From Tubulanus polymorphus (taxonomy: Eukaryota > Animalia > Nemertea): a stretch of DNA of 64,000 bases. Position 1 is the stretch's first letter, and each line of letters begins with the position of its first letter. Location of the stretch: the NCBI RefSeq assembly GCF_964204645.1, contig NC_134026.1:13514050-13578049 (forward strand), given 5' to 3'. Positions 10,545-23,639 of this stretch are shown here, piece after piece. The notes beneath the pieces were generated by a model that was not told where the DNA came from, did not search any database, and saw only the letters and a program-made list of their open reading frames with translations. Position numbers and translations under genes: made by a program.

Positions 10545-10813
10545 TTACTCACACTTTACTCACACTTTTAATATTGAAAATCTCAATTATTTTACTCACA
10601 CTTTACTCACACTTTTAATATTAAACAATTTTATCATTTTACTCACACTTTACTCACACTTTTAATATTGAAAATCTCAATTATTTTACTCACACTTTAC
10701 TCACACTTTTAATATTAAACAATTTTATCATTTTACTCACACTTTACTCACACTTTTAATATTGAAAATCTAAATTATTTTACTCACACTTTACTCACAC
10801 TTTTAATATTGAA
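10545..10813 (-). repeat. 47-bp tandem repeat, 6 units (mirror array)
   Basis: Reverse complement of 4694-5054, two fewer units. Confidence 0.95.
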
Positions 10814-10925
10814 CAATTTTATCATTTTATTAGCGCTTTTATATTAAAAAGTGTGTTTATTTTTGGAAAAAAGCAAAAAAAAAATTTAATTTGTATCTTT
10901 TATTTCTAGTGAATCAATATAATTT

Positions 10926-11042
10926 CTAACATTTTTCATGTCGTGATTTTTGGTATTTATCGATGTATTTTTTACAATATTGACAATAATATTGATTTTT
11001 ATTGACATTATTGTTTTCTAGTTGGAACACACTGTCTCCCAT
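10926..11042 (-). CDS. 38-aa ORF, zinc-finger-like (mirror variant of 4471-4617)
   Basis: MGDSVFQLENNNVNKNQYYCQYCKKYIDKYQKSRHEKC*; an indel changes the C-terminus relative to the left arm. Confidence 0.4.
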   Translation of the reverse strand: MGDSVFQLENNNVNKNQYYCQYCKKYIDKYQKSRHEKC

Positions 11043-11127
11043 TTATTAGGAAAAAAAATTACTTGTGGTGATGAGTGGTGTCTCGCCCTCACGCCCTCTG
11101 GTATGAAAGCCTACTTTTCTAATTACT

Positions 11128-12760
11128 ATCAGCTCCGTTTCAGGGCTACAGATAGGTCTAGGGAAGATACTTGATACACCAAGTATCGAGTTGTTTGAAA
11201 AATACCTTTATTCCGACAAACATACAGATGAATGGAGAGACAAAATGTGAACACAATAGCCAGTTGCGACTCATCTCCGAAGCTAAAAATGATCAATCTT
11301 TTGGGTAAAAGCCATCGACTTTGACATCCCTGATCAATGATGAGCAAAAATTTAGTTTTTGAGGGGTATTGAGTGCAACAGCCCCAGGAAATGAAGGTAA
11401 TGTTGCTTTCCATAGTTCAGAATTGAGGAACTGGATCCAACGGTTAAACTAACGCTTAGACTTAAAATACAAATAGAAACTAAAATACATAAAGAAAGAA
11501 AAACTTACGTCACAACAATTATTGGTAGGTGCACTAGAGGACTTCACACATATTACTACACGGACACATGCCACTAGTCTCAGGAACAGTTCCCACATGC
11601 TTACTGCCCAGGGTTGAGGAAATCTCAGTATGCGCTAATAACTTTCCATCATCCTCATCATCATCATCATCATCCAAACTATTACTTCCAGTCACCCCAA
11701 AACTCTCAGTTTCACTAATAGAAACAGGAAGTTGCATGGCATTTGTGCAGACCGCATAACTATTTTGATTTCTTTTTTTAAGGGTGTCAGTAACTGACTC
11801 ATCAAAGTGTGAGTTTCTTTGTATGTTGATAATTTCAGGAACGCATTGTATGTCAAGCGAACCATTCGTAGTGATTGTCAATTGAAAGTTGTCAATTGTA
11901 GCTTCATCATCATCTGATTCAGATTCTGAAGATGAATTATGGCGTCTGCGTCGATAAATATGCTGAAATGCCTTGATGACTCCTTCAGCACGTACAACAT
12001 TTTTAGCTAATGCACTGAATGAACGGACTCCTCCAGTGATCCCACTACATCTATTTTGATCATGTCTAATGCTCCAAAGCACATCAGGAATCAAGTGTTC
12101 TTCATTTTCAAATTGAGCATTTTCGTGTATATTAAGAGCTTCCCCGTCAATTGTTTCTTCACCATTTATAGAAATTATCCGTTTACGGTTGTCACAAGAA
12201 TTAATGCGATCAATAACAACACCATTTGCTTTACCTGCTCCTTGTTTCATCTTGAAATGCAGATATATGGGCTAGATAGATAAAAAAAATAAAAAAAGAA
12301 GTTTAGCATGACATTTATAAGATTGTGATCATACCATCCAGTGTTTTATCAATGTGCTGAAAGATTTTCACAATTCTTACATGACCGCTTACACATTTTC
12401 ACAATTCTTTGCAAATACCCTGGCATTAAAAAACAATTTTCAAGTGATTCCTATGTGCAAGACATATTGTTCAGAATTAAATGCAGTCTCAATTTAATGA
12501 GATTTGGCATCTACCTAATACAAGCCGCTTGGAATATTGCAAGGAATTCTAGCCACATACACACAGGCAACAGGAATCTTGCCATCCATAGCTTTAAATT
12601 TTCTGGATCAATTGTGTGCACAGACTGGTCTATAACTTCCTGATTTTTCCTGTTTCTTAAAGGTATGCAATCAGACCGGCCAAGTGCAACCATAAATTTT
12701 CCAGAAAATGTGGGATTTGAATGGTGGATGATTATAGATTTAAAGTCAACATTCAACACT
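11128..12760 (-). pseudogene. Unidentified coding-like region (238-aa acidic/Ser-rich ORF 11534-12250 plus stop-interrupted frames either side)
   Basis: Long ORF with natural-looking composition. Flanking frames (e.g. NSELWKATLPSFPGAVAL.., MDGKIPVACVYVARIP..) contain stops. Family not recognised. Confidence 0.35.
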
Positions 12761-13269
12761 GGTTTCTAGAATTTTCAAAATTTCAATGAAGATCAAAAAC
12801 ATTAATCGATTAGCAGCACCAGGTATAAACATAAGATATACATTTTGCAGAACATTGTTAGATGATTCTTATTATTGGAGTTATCTACTCATTAGCGGTT
12901 AACCCGTAAGTATTAGTCTTGAGAGTATCATTGTCATTAAGTCTTACGGCTCAGCAAACATTTATCCTATTTCTGCTATGTTATTAATGATATAAATCAC
13001 CAATTAATAGAATTTGCTTAGATTTATAAATTTTTTGGAAGGATTGCCTTGCTACACCTACACCCATATTTTTTCATTCATGGGAATTTTACGTACAACT
13101 TCCCAGATAATCCTTAGAATATAGTGCAGAATAACGTACAGGCTATAGGAGCAAATGGTAACATCTCAAAATTTCATTTAAGATTTTTTTCTGAAAAAAA
13201 AAAAAAATATAAATCATGTGTTAGGGAGCCAGGGCACATTCTATCAACAGTTTGTGCCCAAAAGGTTTG

Positions 13270-13605
13270 CTAATTTATTCTTGTAGGTTAAACTGCACAA
13301 TATTGGTCTACCTGCATGGTGTTTTTAAATGCAAATTAGTATTGTTTACAATTAATCTGCATATTGAAAGAAACATTTTTTTTCATCAAGATAACCCCAG
13401 GGGTATTATGCATAATTAATTTTAGTTCAATATTTTAAAACAAATCTTTTTTTATATATAGATTATCCTTTATCTAACGGCTTGGTTGATTTTGGTGAGA
13501 TACACGTGCTACTAAACGTGGGCACTATTATCACATCTCCGCTAAAGTAAATACTTTAAACTACACCGCGCATCAACATGGAATTTTCAGCACAGTACAA
13601 AATGC
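13270..13605 (+). repeat. Dispersed repeat, also at about 24983-25270
   Basis: Shared ACTGCACAATATTGGTC...TAACGGCTT..TTGATTTTGGTGAG...CAGCACAGT. Confidence 0.75.
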
Positions 13606-13949
13606 TTATTATCTTTCTCATCTTGTCTGCTATTCAGACGGGAAAACAGTTAAGATGAATGTACACATAATACAAACACGCCTACCCAGGCATAAAGGCT
13701 TACAAACACAGCACACCAGTCTAATAATGCCAGGCATTCCAAGGACCAGGGCCCAGATATAAAGAATCCAATTAGTCCATATTTGACAAACAATGAAAAG
13801 TCCCATGAAGGATTATCACGAAACATATGCGATCTATAAGTCAGCCGCTAACCATTTTTCACGAGCTATCTTAGCTATGTTGCGGACCAATCTTTGCACA
13901 ACAGTTTCATTTACGGTATATCCTCATTATTTTCCGCTTGCAGCTTCCC

Positions 13950-14625
13950 ACCATGAACATTATCTATGCTGCAACAGTCAACCTCGAGAGGGTTAAGTTT
14001 GTTTATAGGTCGATTAGTCTGGGACGACTAATCGACCCAATATTTTTAAATATATTTAGTATATAATATATTTTTAATTCCAATATTTTTTTGAAGAGCA
14101 GTTGAAAGTGTGCGCATTATCTGAGAACATTTTAATCGGTAGTCCACAACGACTAAAGAATCGACGAAATGAATAAGACTGCCTGTTTAAAACTATCTGC
14201 AGTCAAATCAGTCACTAGCTCTAAATGAATGGCTCTCGAACCTGGGAACGTGAATAAGTCGATAAAGGTTTTATCATTTCCCGAAATCAATGGTCTGCAA
14301 AAATCTACGTCTGTATAATAAAAGAGGGGCACAATCGCAAATTGGCTACGTGGCAAAGGCAGGGGGATCTGGCAAACTGAAGGTAATCCTGTGATCTTTT
14401 TACATAAGACACACTTTAACAAAAGCCTTTTCACAAAGGGCCTAATCCTGGTTATCCAGAAACTTTGACACACAAGCCCGATGGTCGTTTTGGTAACCAG
14501 ATGCATACATAACCTGTGAGTCTTTAACTATCATAGACGTAAAATCACACTTCGGCAACAAAATCGGAAATTTACAATCATCACATAATGATGCATTGTG
14601 AATTCATCCCGCACTTCTAATAATA
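13950..14625 (-). pseudogene. BEL/Pao integrase remnant
   Basis: FWITRIRPFVKRLLLKCVLCKK, TDVDFCRPL, RAIHLELVTDLTADSF, SDNA, TNRPINKL; many lesions. Confidence 0.85.
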
Positions 14626-15135
14626 TACTATAATGCTCACTATGAAAAAACTATGCGGTGAATCAATCCGGAATTTTTCAGTAGAATGTCAGACACTAGG
14701 TACCTTTCTTTAAAGGTTTATTTGTTGTATGCCATTAACAATCAGTTATATAATACTTTATTCATAACTTTGAAGCGTCGCGCCGGCAGCGAACGCTCAA
14801 GCAAGGTCAGTCAGTCACGTAGGCCAACGATAACACAAAACAGACCACGGTTTGCCGGTTAAGAGCGTCTCTCCACATAAATTAGAGGGACTGTAATGGG
14901 CCATTTGTTGACACTAACCTTTAATAAACTTCGTATGGATACAATCAAGATAATTCAACCCTATAATTCCACTATTCAACGACGATCGACGCGAAGCTAA
15001 AGCATGGCGCCGCCTTTCATTACACTAGTCACGATGTATCTCTACACACATCAAAATCACACTTGAATTACAAGTGTTGACTTTGAAAACGATCGAAATC
15101 TAGCAATTTGATTGGGAAAATAGCAGCACTATAAT
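14625..15135 (+). repeat. Dispersed repeat of about 500 bp, also at about 46275-46775
   Basis: Near-identical CACTATGAAAAAA..GCGG...AATAGCAGCACTATA in both places. Confidence 0.85.
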
Positions 15136-16269
15136 TGAACAAAGTTAATAAACCACCTCCGACTGTCTAATCATTTAAAAGCTTTGCCTTCACATGGAAC
15201 TATTTCCGCCTTATCACAGGTGCACTCTGCCGCCGTGATTCGCCCATTCAACGATAAAAACTTTCCCATGGGCTCATTATCAACATTTTCTAATAATTTA
15301 GGGAAATATTCAAAAAAGCAAAATTTCACACTCTGCATTGATACGATTAAAGTATTTATTCCTTTGACAAATCTTCCTCTGAACTCCCACCAACAAGTTA
15401 TAAGAGGCGATACCAAAATCAAAATGACGTCATCGACTCACTACCATCTTATAACCTATAAGGTATAAATACTAGTTTAGCAGAATAACTGGTTCAAACT
15501 AAGAAAGCAATTGCTTACCGAAACATTCGACTGTAAATAACAAGTCGACGCGTAATATTTTTTGCTCTTAACCTACTTAACAAGCTAATTACCGCAGTAA
15601 ACTGATTAATTCATCACCGAAACGATGAGGAGTGATTAGCCATAAGTATCATATTTTGCCACATGTCATCATACTTTCACAAGAATATTAAAGAACAACA
15701 TATTTCATAACATTTTAACTAACATGGACTTTATTTTGATCGCTGTAACAATTAAGAAAGCTTCTTTCCTAAAATGAAATAATCACGTCATGCAAAGATA
15801 TAATCAATACCACTGCACAGGCACACACAACCACATGTGCACGTTCATAGCCTCACACACGCTCAATGCAGGCCTTTGTATAAAACAGTGACAGCGATGC
15901 ATTCATCAACCACGTGTGTAATTTCCCTGCCAATCATATTGTGTTACAACGCGCTGGCAGTGGAAAGTCGGACATTGCCGTAGGGGAAAAGAATTCGGAA
16001 TTTTGGATACCTGATTGTATCGTCAGATTTCTTCACACAAATAAAGAGGATTCCGAAAAATTTGAGAGGGTTGGCAGCCCTATACAGACTGCCTCGCAGG
16101 CGAGTGTAAGTCTACTGCAGTTTAATGACACAGCACTTATATGCTTGTGTGTGAGTACAGTAGTATGCAAACCAATTAATCATTGGGATCTGTTGTTTCT
16201 AATATGAAATTACCAGGTTAGTGCTCAATGTTCGTATCCACGTGTTGAATGTATTGTGTATACATTGAA

Positions 16270-16510
16270 ATTGAATGCTTTTTGGCATGTTAGATTGATG
16301 CCAACAACCGACCTTTGTCTATTTGCCGACCTCTATCATCGAATCAATCAATTGGCTATTTTTCATTTCATATTGATCAGAATCGTGATCCCCATTGAAC
16401 ATTAGTCTAAGTTCCAAAGATGTTGCTTAACTGCAACTTTGCTTTATTTGTATTTTTGCCATTATTCATTTTGGATCCAGAGACAAAAATATTCAATATA
16501 AACTGACTTG
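16270..16510 (+). repeat. Dispersed repeat, also at about 19005-19195
   Basis: TTTTGGCATGTT.GATTGATGCCAACAAC...GGATCCAGAGACAAAAATAT..ATATAAACTGACTT in both places. Confidence 0.75.
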
Positions 16511-16865
16511 TACTCGCATGTGTATGGTACCTAGTCCAAAGAAACCCCTGCCATTTTGTGTGCTTTCCCATAATTAAGTCAGTAGCGCTGGAATTCCCAA
16601 AATTTCCTGTTTATCCCCAAAACAGCCAATCACATTACGCTTGTAGAGACGATGCCCCCCAATCAAAGGTCACAGGTATCTTACACCTACAGCAATAATG
16701 GAAATGGATTTTACCACAGAATTTCACTGGCATCAGTAAGGAGACAAACCAGTAGCAATATTTTTATAACCTGACGCAAATGCTGCCCCTGCTGTCATTG
16801 ATATTGAGGCCACGAAGACAATTAGTATTCAATGTCTAAATTACTCTGCAACTATCCCTACTTCT

Positions 16866-17182
16866 AACTAGCCCATCCACCTTCTGCAGGGACTCGAACC
16901 TGATGGCATCGCTACACTCAGCCACGGCACGAACCCCTGCATCAGTAGACCGGGTGCGCAGGTACATGCGCAGCTTTCCGAACGAAAACTGGCGGCACCA
17001 ATCAGATTGCTCGTTGTATAATCGTTGAGGCGAATTTCAAGGAAGAACTATAAATGGGAAAACCCGGGCTAAAATAAAACTGCGCATGTATCTGCGCATA
17101 CGGTCGATTATGGCAGGGTTTCGTGCCGTGGCAATCTCGATGCCATCAGGTTCGAATCCCTGCCGGGGGAGGATGTTACTAG
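16866..17182. repeat. Diverged inverted repeat pair of about 110 bp, each ending in a Pol III B-box (tRNA-like/SINE or MITE)
   Basis: GCAGGGACTCGAACCTGATGGCATCG...CATGCGCAG versus CTGCGCATG...CGATGCCATCAGGTTCGAATCCCTGC; B-box GGTTCGANTCC on each arm. Confidence 0.6.
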
Positions 17183-19472
17183 CCTGGCACTGCACTGCAC
17201 AACGGGCCCGACTGTTTTGATGATGTGCCACCTTTGTATTATAGTATATAAGTCAGTATTCTAAAAAACAATGGACCCTTCATTTCGACACTTACAAAGT
17301 ATGCTAGAGCAGATATTTCTATTATGAATTCCGCACAAAACTAAATGCACATACCTAATTCATGTACATCCAAATGGCGACATCTTCCTGTGGAAGCCAC
17401 CTTGAACCGAAGAACGCAAAAATAGGGCCATGCTCTGTGATTCTTTTTTTTTAAACTTGAGAAATATCATTTTTGAAAATACGAATTGTCACCGTCTGGA
17501 CTGATGTCTGATTAATGAAATAAAGATGTTGTGAAATTATTTCGTGGCTTACAGGGAGCAAATAAAGGTTTCTAATTTCATGTACATAAGTATAGGATCA
17601 TGCTACTTTCTAGGGTGACATGATTTTCGTCTGATATTAATAGCTAATAAACTGTGAGTCAATTGATGATACAACATGGTTGTTCTTGGTGTACTTATAT
17701 ACCGCGTTGCATAATATTATGTGTTTCTATTCAAAAGAGGCCACTCTCCATTCTTTACTGCCTATATCAATGCGGACATATCATTATGCGATTGCTTAAC
17801 CCCCTCCCATGTACCACATAACTAACAAACAAAAATGCAATAAAATAACTTTTAGGACCATTAAATCAAAAATCTGAATTCAATTGAGTTTCAATTTGAA
17901 TTAAATATGTAACAGTAATGGCATGACGCCATAGACATCAACCAATGCTAGAAATAGTGTGGTAATAATGATAATAACAATCAAGTGAATCAAGAGGGTT
18001 TTCGGTGAACAAACAAAAAACCCTTATGATAATAATCCACAAAGTAACAAAAGGGTTTCTGTGAAAGCTTTCACAGAAACCCTAATTATAATCACAAGAA
18101 TATCAATAGGGTTATGTGAAGTAACAACTCAACTTACTTTATGATCACCCATGCAGGTAGTCGGTCCTATCATGTTGTAGACAGCTTCCGATTGCTAGAA
18201 AAATATGTGAAATAAAACTTTAGTGGAGGTGATTTTCTGTGATAGTAGACATTATTATATCACATTGAATATACCATCGAAGGTACTATGCTGGAAAACT
18301 ACATAAATCTAGTTGAGACCAAAAAGAGAAACAAGAGGCCCATAGGCATTGAAGCAGTAGATTATACCGTGGTATGGTTAATGTGTTACATGGTTTATGT
18401 TACTGTTTACGATGGTCAATATTTTACATCTACCCACAGATGTACACATAATGAGTGCTAGACATGTAAAGGGCAAATGCCATCAAAATTGTGCTTTCCG
18501 CGATTTCTAAACCAGAAGAAACTTTAGTATATACATAACGACCTGAGATGTGACTTATTGAAAAAAGGAGCACGAATTAGCCGTAATCATTAGCGGAATA
18601 GTCATTTATTTATCCTTCACTCTGTGCGTCTAGTTCATATTCAACCCACGGGTGGTGCCATTTATGATGTTAACTATAATCAACACCAGCACGTGAGTGC
18701 GCTAATATGCGTAGCCTATGTATAATCGATAAAATAAACATATTTGTTCATTTGTGAATACATCACATTTTAAAATGAATTTTACACAATATTCTATTTT
18801 GAAGGTCAATTTGTGTTAATGTAGGATTCTCATTCACACTAACAATGAATTTCATTTTTCGATCCTAAACTAATTGTATTTTTTTTTCATCCTAGGTTAA
18901 TTGTATAACTGCACACCAGTCACTTCAAGATTAAACCCTTAGAACATGTCTTATTGGCAAACCAGCTAACAATCAGCATACAGTATTTCTAACCACAACA
19001 CAATATCTTTTTGGCATGTTGGATTGATGCCAACAACTGACCTTCTGTTCTATCATCCTATCGTAATCGTAATCATAATCCCAATCGAACATTTATTCCA
19101 AAGATGTTGCTTAATCTTAACATTACTTCAGTTGTATTTTTGCCATTATGTAATGTGGATCCAGAGACAAAAATATGCGATATAAACTGACTTTTTCAAT
19201 ACGAAAGTAAAAAAATGCGATGTCTAGACATGTGTACTAGGAAATCGACAAATTCAAGTTCTGAAATTAGTCGTTTGATGGCATTAGTCAGAACCGGAAA
19301 TTGGAGCATAAATCCGCCATGTTCTAGTTCATTTGCAATAAAAACTCGCAATTCAAGGTTTTAGTTAACGATATTTTACTTACTATACTCTGTCACGCGT
19401 AATCCTTTAAGTATGATATCCTGACAATGTGTTGGATTCGATCAAACACAACTTTAAATGCTAGAGATTACT

Positions 19473-20880
19473 AACTAAGGGTCGAGGGACACCATGCCCA
19501 CTTACAAAATATGCCTACAAAATATGCATACTAATATTAAATGGAAATACTAAGTTATCCTACTATTCAACACCCCCTGGTGACCATATGCAAAAAGCAA
19601 ATACCTTGAAACTTACTACAATCATAGAACATGTTATGAGCTACAAGTTTGCAATTGGTTGTGGTAACAATATATGCCTAGGTACCACTATAACATGGAA
19701 ATACTAAGTTATAGTACTATTCAACACCCCCTGGTGACCATATACAAACACCAATGACCTTGAAACTCAGCACAATCATAGAACATGTCATGAGTTAAAA
19801 TTTTTCTCATGCTGATAGGCACTTGGAGGATACAAATATGTGAACGATCAAGGTAATTGATTAAAGCATCTTCAAAATTTCCATTTAAAACTTCAAAATG
19901 TGTTAAGTGCTGATTATGCAAACAAAATTGGCTGCCAGTCAGCCATCTTGATTTTAACAGGGCCAATTTTTGGGCCGAAGATATGTCTAGGGTAGATACA
20001 TGTATAAACCAAATATCAAGACATTACCCTGCAGCGTCTTCTAAACTTCACAAAATAACTGGATGAGAACGGACGGACGGACGACGACTGATAATCACTC
20101 TAACCCATCAGCTCCGCTGACTTTCGTCCACAGCGGAGCTGAAAATGGCTCCGTAACTGTATAGGCCTTGGTCCATAGAACATTCATACCAAATTTGGAA
20201 TTGATCTGATTAAAACTGTAGGACTAGTGTCAATTTGAAGAAATAAAAACTCCACCCCCAGGGGTGCCCCTTGGGGGACGAATCCAAGAAATTGCTCTGT
20301 AACGAAAGAACGAACTACAATGACCTCACCCCCTAACCCATCAGCTCAGCTGACCTTCGGTCACAGCGGAGCTAAAAATGTCAAAGTAATAATTTTCTGT
20401 TGAAATGCAGCTCATGAAAATTACAGATCAAATCAAATTAGGAAACGCAAACTATCCCAGAACTAGGGGTCCAGGGACACCATGCCCACTTGGAAAGTGG
20501 TTTCAAATGCTCAACAATCCAACAGTATCAATGTTCAACGCCCCCTGGTGACCATATTCATAAAGCAATGACCTTGAAACTAACCACATTCATAGAACAT
20601 GTCAGCAGCAGCTTTTGTAATCGATTGTGATAACAAAATATGCCTCGTTACCAATTTAATATGGAAATACTAAGTTATTCTACTATTCAACGCCCCCTGG
20701 TGACCATATTCAAAACCCAATGTCCTTGAAACTCACAAAAATCGTTAAACATGTCATGAGCTACAACTTTGCAATTGGTCATGGTAACAAAATATGCCTA
20801 GGTACCAAGATAATAAGGAAATACTAAGTTATTCTACTATTCAATGCCCCCTAGTGACCATATAGAATAACTTATGTCCT
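19473..20880 (-). mobile_element. Cluster of HINE-like (Helentron-associated) non-autonomous elements
   Basis: AACTAGGGGTCCAGGGACACCATGCCCACT ends, 154-bp cores, (GGAC)n microsatellite, terminal stem-loops at about 20108-20144 and 20341-20377. Confidence 0.75.
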
Positions 20881-20916
<36 letters not shown>

Positions 20917-21187
20917 CTTTATTTGACAAAAAATTATAATGTTAAAGGTTTGCTCTGGTACAAAGTACATTAATAGCAACACCATAATAATAATTGTTCA
21001 CAAGAACAATTGATCTGGACTATTAGGGGATGGTCCGTTTATGATGGCTAGTACCATCTTTGTACCACTGCCCCCTTTATCCACCCCGATCTTTGCCCAT
21101 ATTTCGTCATGAAATTCTGGGGTTTAACTGATTTTTCATCATCAGTTTTTCTACTGACTTTTGTATTAATAGCTCTATTGATGTTAC

Positions 21188-21525
21188 AGAAACAAACGCT
21201 GATAATTGCTTTTCATGAGTTCTGCTATTAATTTACAGTTCTATTTCACCAGCTTCAATGAATGTAGACAGAAACAAACGCTGATAGGCCTAATTGCTTT
21301 TCATGAGTTCTGCTATTAATTTCCAGTTCTATTTCACCAGCTTCAATGAATGTAGACAGAAACAAACGCGCTAATAATTGCTTTTCATGAGTTCTGCTAT
21401 TAATTTCCAGTTCTATTTCACCAGCTTCAATGAATGCAGACAGAAACAAACGCTGATAATTGCTTTTCATGAGTTCTGCATATTAATTTCCAGTTCTTAT
21501 TCACCAGCTTCAATGAATGTAGAAA
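21188..21525 (+). repeat. Tandem repeat of about 80 bp, 4 copies
   Basis: AGAAACAAACGCTGATAATTGCTTTTCATGAGTTCTGC...CAGCTTCAATGAATG repeated. Confidence 0.9.
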
Positions 21526-21779
21526 ACGACTCTTGTCTGGCTGCAAGCTCGTCTAATATTTCGACTAGACGGAAAAATCTGAATATTGTAATGTTTCAAG
21601 ATTTTTTTTTAAAGTTCAAGTACCTTATTCATCGGTAGTCTCAAATTTAATTTCAATTCTATTACTAGAGTACTAGCGCGGTTTTCTGCACAGTCTTGTT
21701 CGTATTCTTGATCTTGTGTGGTTACTGTGTCAACTACGATCGCGTGTATGCTGACACAGCCGCACCGTGCTATGAAAAT

Positions 21780-22170
21780 GTAGGGAATTTAGAGTCCTGT
21801 TCAATGGTCAAAACGGTTTTATAAAAGGAAGGTCTACGAACAGTCAATTGGGCCTACTTGAAACCATGGATAACTGGACCAGATGGTTATTTGACTCTGG
21901 AAAATCGACTGTTAGGCCTTAATTAGTTCTTTGGATTTCGAAAAAGCTTTTGATTAGGTACTACATCAGCGATTACTAAACAAGCTATTAGGTAACGGTA
22001 TCAATGATGGTGTCGCTTGAATGAGTCAGCAGTTTACTCCGAATGCAAACAAGTGGCCGAAATCAACAGAACTGTCTGACCTTGGATATAAGAAGATCTA
22101 ACTAGTGGAGTCACACAAGGTAGTAATCTAAGTTTTCTTCTCTTCAATGTCCTGATTAATGATATACAGA
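21780..22170 (+). pseudogene. CR1/L2-type LINE reverse-transcriptase remnant
   Basis: LDFEKAFD*VLHQRLLNKL and TSGVTQGSNLSFLLFNVLINDI match non-LTR RT motifs. Confidence 0.8.
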
Positions 22171-23639
22171 GTTATCGAATGTACAGGACCGAGTAAATTT
22201 CCAAAAGACCTCCACCCGCATTTTGATACCTTGTCAACACAACAGCTTTTCTCTACTGTATCTGTTCAGCGTGTTTAGTTCATTAAGGCAGTGAAGGGCT
22301 AATGTGCCTAATGGTACGTGTTCTTGGACCCCACATATACTATACTTCTATACTTCTGAGATATGCTTGCAGCTGAACAGTACTTTTAACAAACCTTTGG
22401 CATCAATTCTATTGCATCATGACTCATAATAATGCGGTCACACCAGGCAGGACATCTAGTTTTCATATATGAGCAGCCATCATCTGTATCCTCACTGAAT
22501 GGATAACTAGAAAAGAATTAGAAATCTATGTTTGCCGTGTCCACAAGAGGTCAAGACGCACCATGCTAACTTGGGGGTAGCCTGAAATGCTTGACAATCT
22601 GGTAATTGAATAATAGCAATAGTTAGGGGTCCTGAGACATAATGTCTACTTGGGGGTGGTTTGAAATGTTCACCAATTTCAAGGTCCATATGGTCGAAGA
22701 CACTGCTTCTGACTAAATAGTAGTGAGTGGACCCTATTGTGTGTACTAATCACACCGCTTATGTATGTTTCAATGCACAAAATTATATTTTTCCAATTGT
22801 CACCAACTTTTCCTTTGCCGTACAAAATTAACCTCCAAACGAGGCTTAGTTTCTCTTCGGAACCTTCAAAACATTCAATGCAGTAATAAAATCTCTAACC
22901 CTATTGAATTTCATTGGGATCCGTTGCTTATTTATTAATTTCGTTATTTATTTAGTTTGATCACTTATTCATTTGTGGTTGAAATTTTTGTGTGGTTACT
23001 GTGTACAGTTTGTGGTAGTTCATAAGAACTGCACAGTTTGTGGTTTACACTGACTTTTTTTGAGAGGATCGGTAGATTGTCTCTGCAGGGTTCGTCGCTA
23101 TCCCTGATTTTATTTCTTGTCTGTGCGAGTGGGGGATTTTCTTCTTTGACGTCACTGCTATCGCTACTACGGCACTGACGATCCCTTAAGGCTCTTTTGA
23201 GTCTAAAAATCAATGACCTTGAAACTCACCGATATAATACTAAATAGGACATGTCATGAGCTTCAACTTTGTGGTTTCAAAATATGCATGGCTACCAATA
23301 GTAAATAGACATCGGGTAACATCAAACAACATAACTCACATAATTGTGGCACTCCACTGGTTAACCACGGCCTGTGATAGCAGCAAAACAGGGATCAGTA
23401 CCACAGGAGAATCAAGTCAAAGTTCATGTAAAGAACTTTATAGATGACCCGGTGCGTCTAAGCCATGGAGACCAGCTAGGTTTGGTCTAGTCCGTTTGAA
23501 TTGATCCAAACATTAGAATTAACAAAGAGGAATCTTGATTTGCCGACAGAGGTGAAGTTAATGCAACAGAATACCCGTCTCTTCCCAAGGCCTACGAGCT
23601 GAAGTGTGTGCTGGATGCCCTGATAGTGACCGACTTGGA

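Larger units (their letters stand above)
4386..11127. mobile_element. 6.7-kb palindromic (fold-back) AT-rich element with virus/Polinton-like small ORFs
   Basis: Left arm 4386-7407 is the reverse complement of right arm 7431-11127. Identical termini AGTAATTAGAAAAGTAGGCTTTCATACC..., mirrored ORFs and arrays, 23-bp spacer, no TSD. Confidence 0.9.

Noticed and set aside
4386-11127. Pure sequencing fold-back artefact
   Set aside because: Arms differ by SNPs, distinct indels and array copy number, and symmetry stops sharply at defined termini. Read-level confirmation is still advisable.
4386-11127. Autonomous Polinton/Maverick or intact endogenous virus
   Set aside because: No polymerase, integrase, ATPase, protease or capsid ORF; no 6-bp TSD.
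16886-17163. Genuine tRNA genes
   Set aside because: B-box present, but I could not build a cloverleaf or find a convincing A-box.
21255-21638. ORFs with repeated peptide
   Set aside because: Derived from the tandem repeat of about 80 bp.
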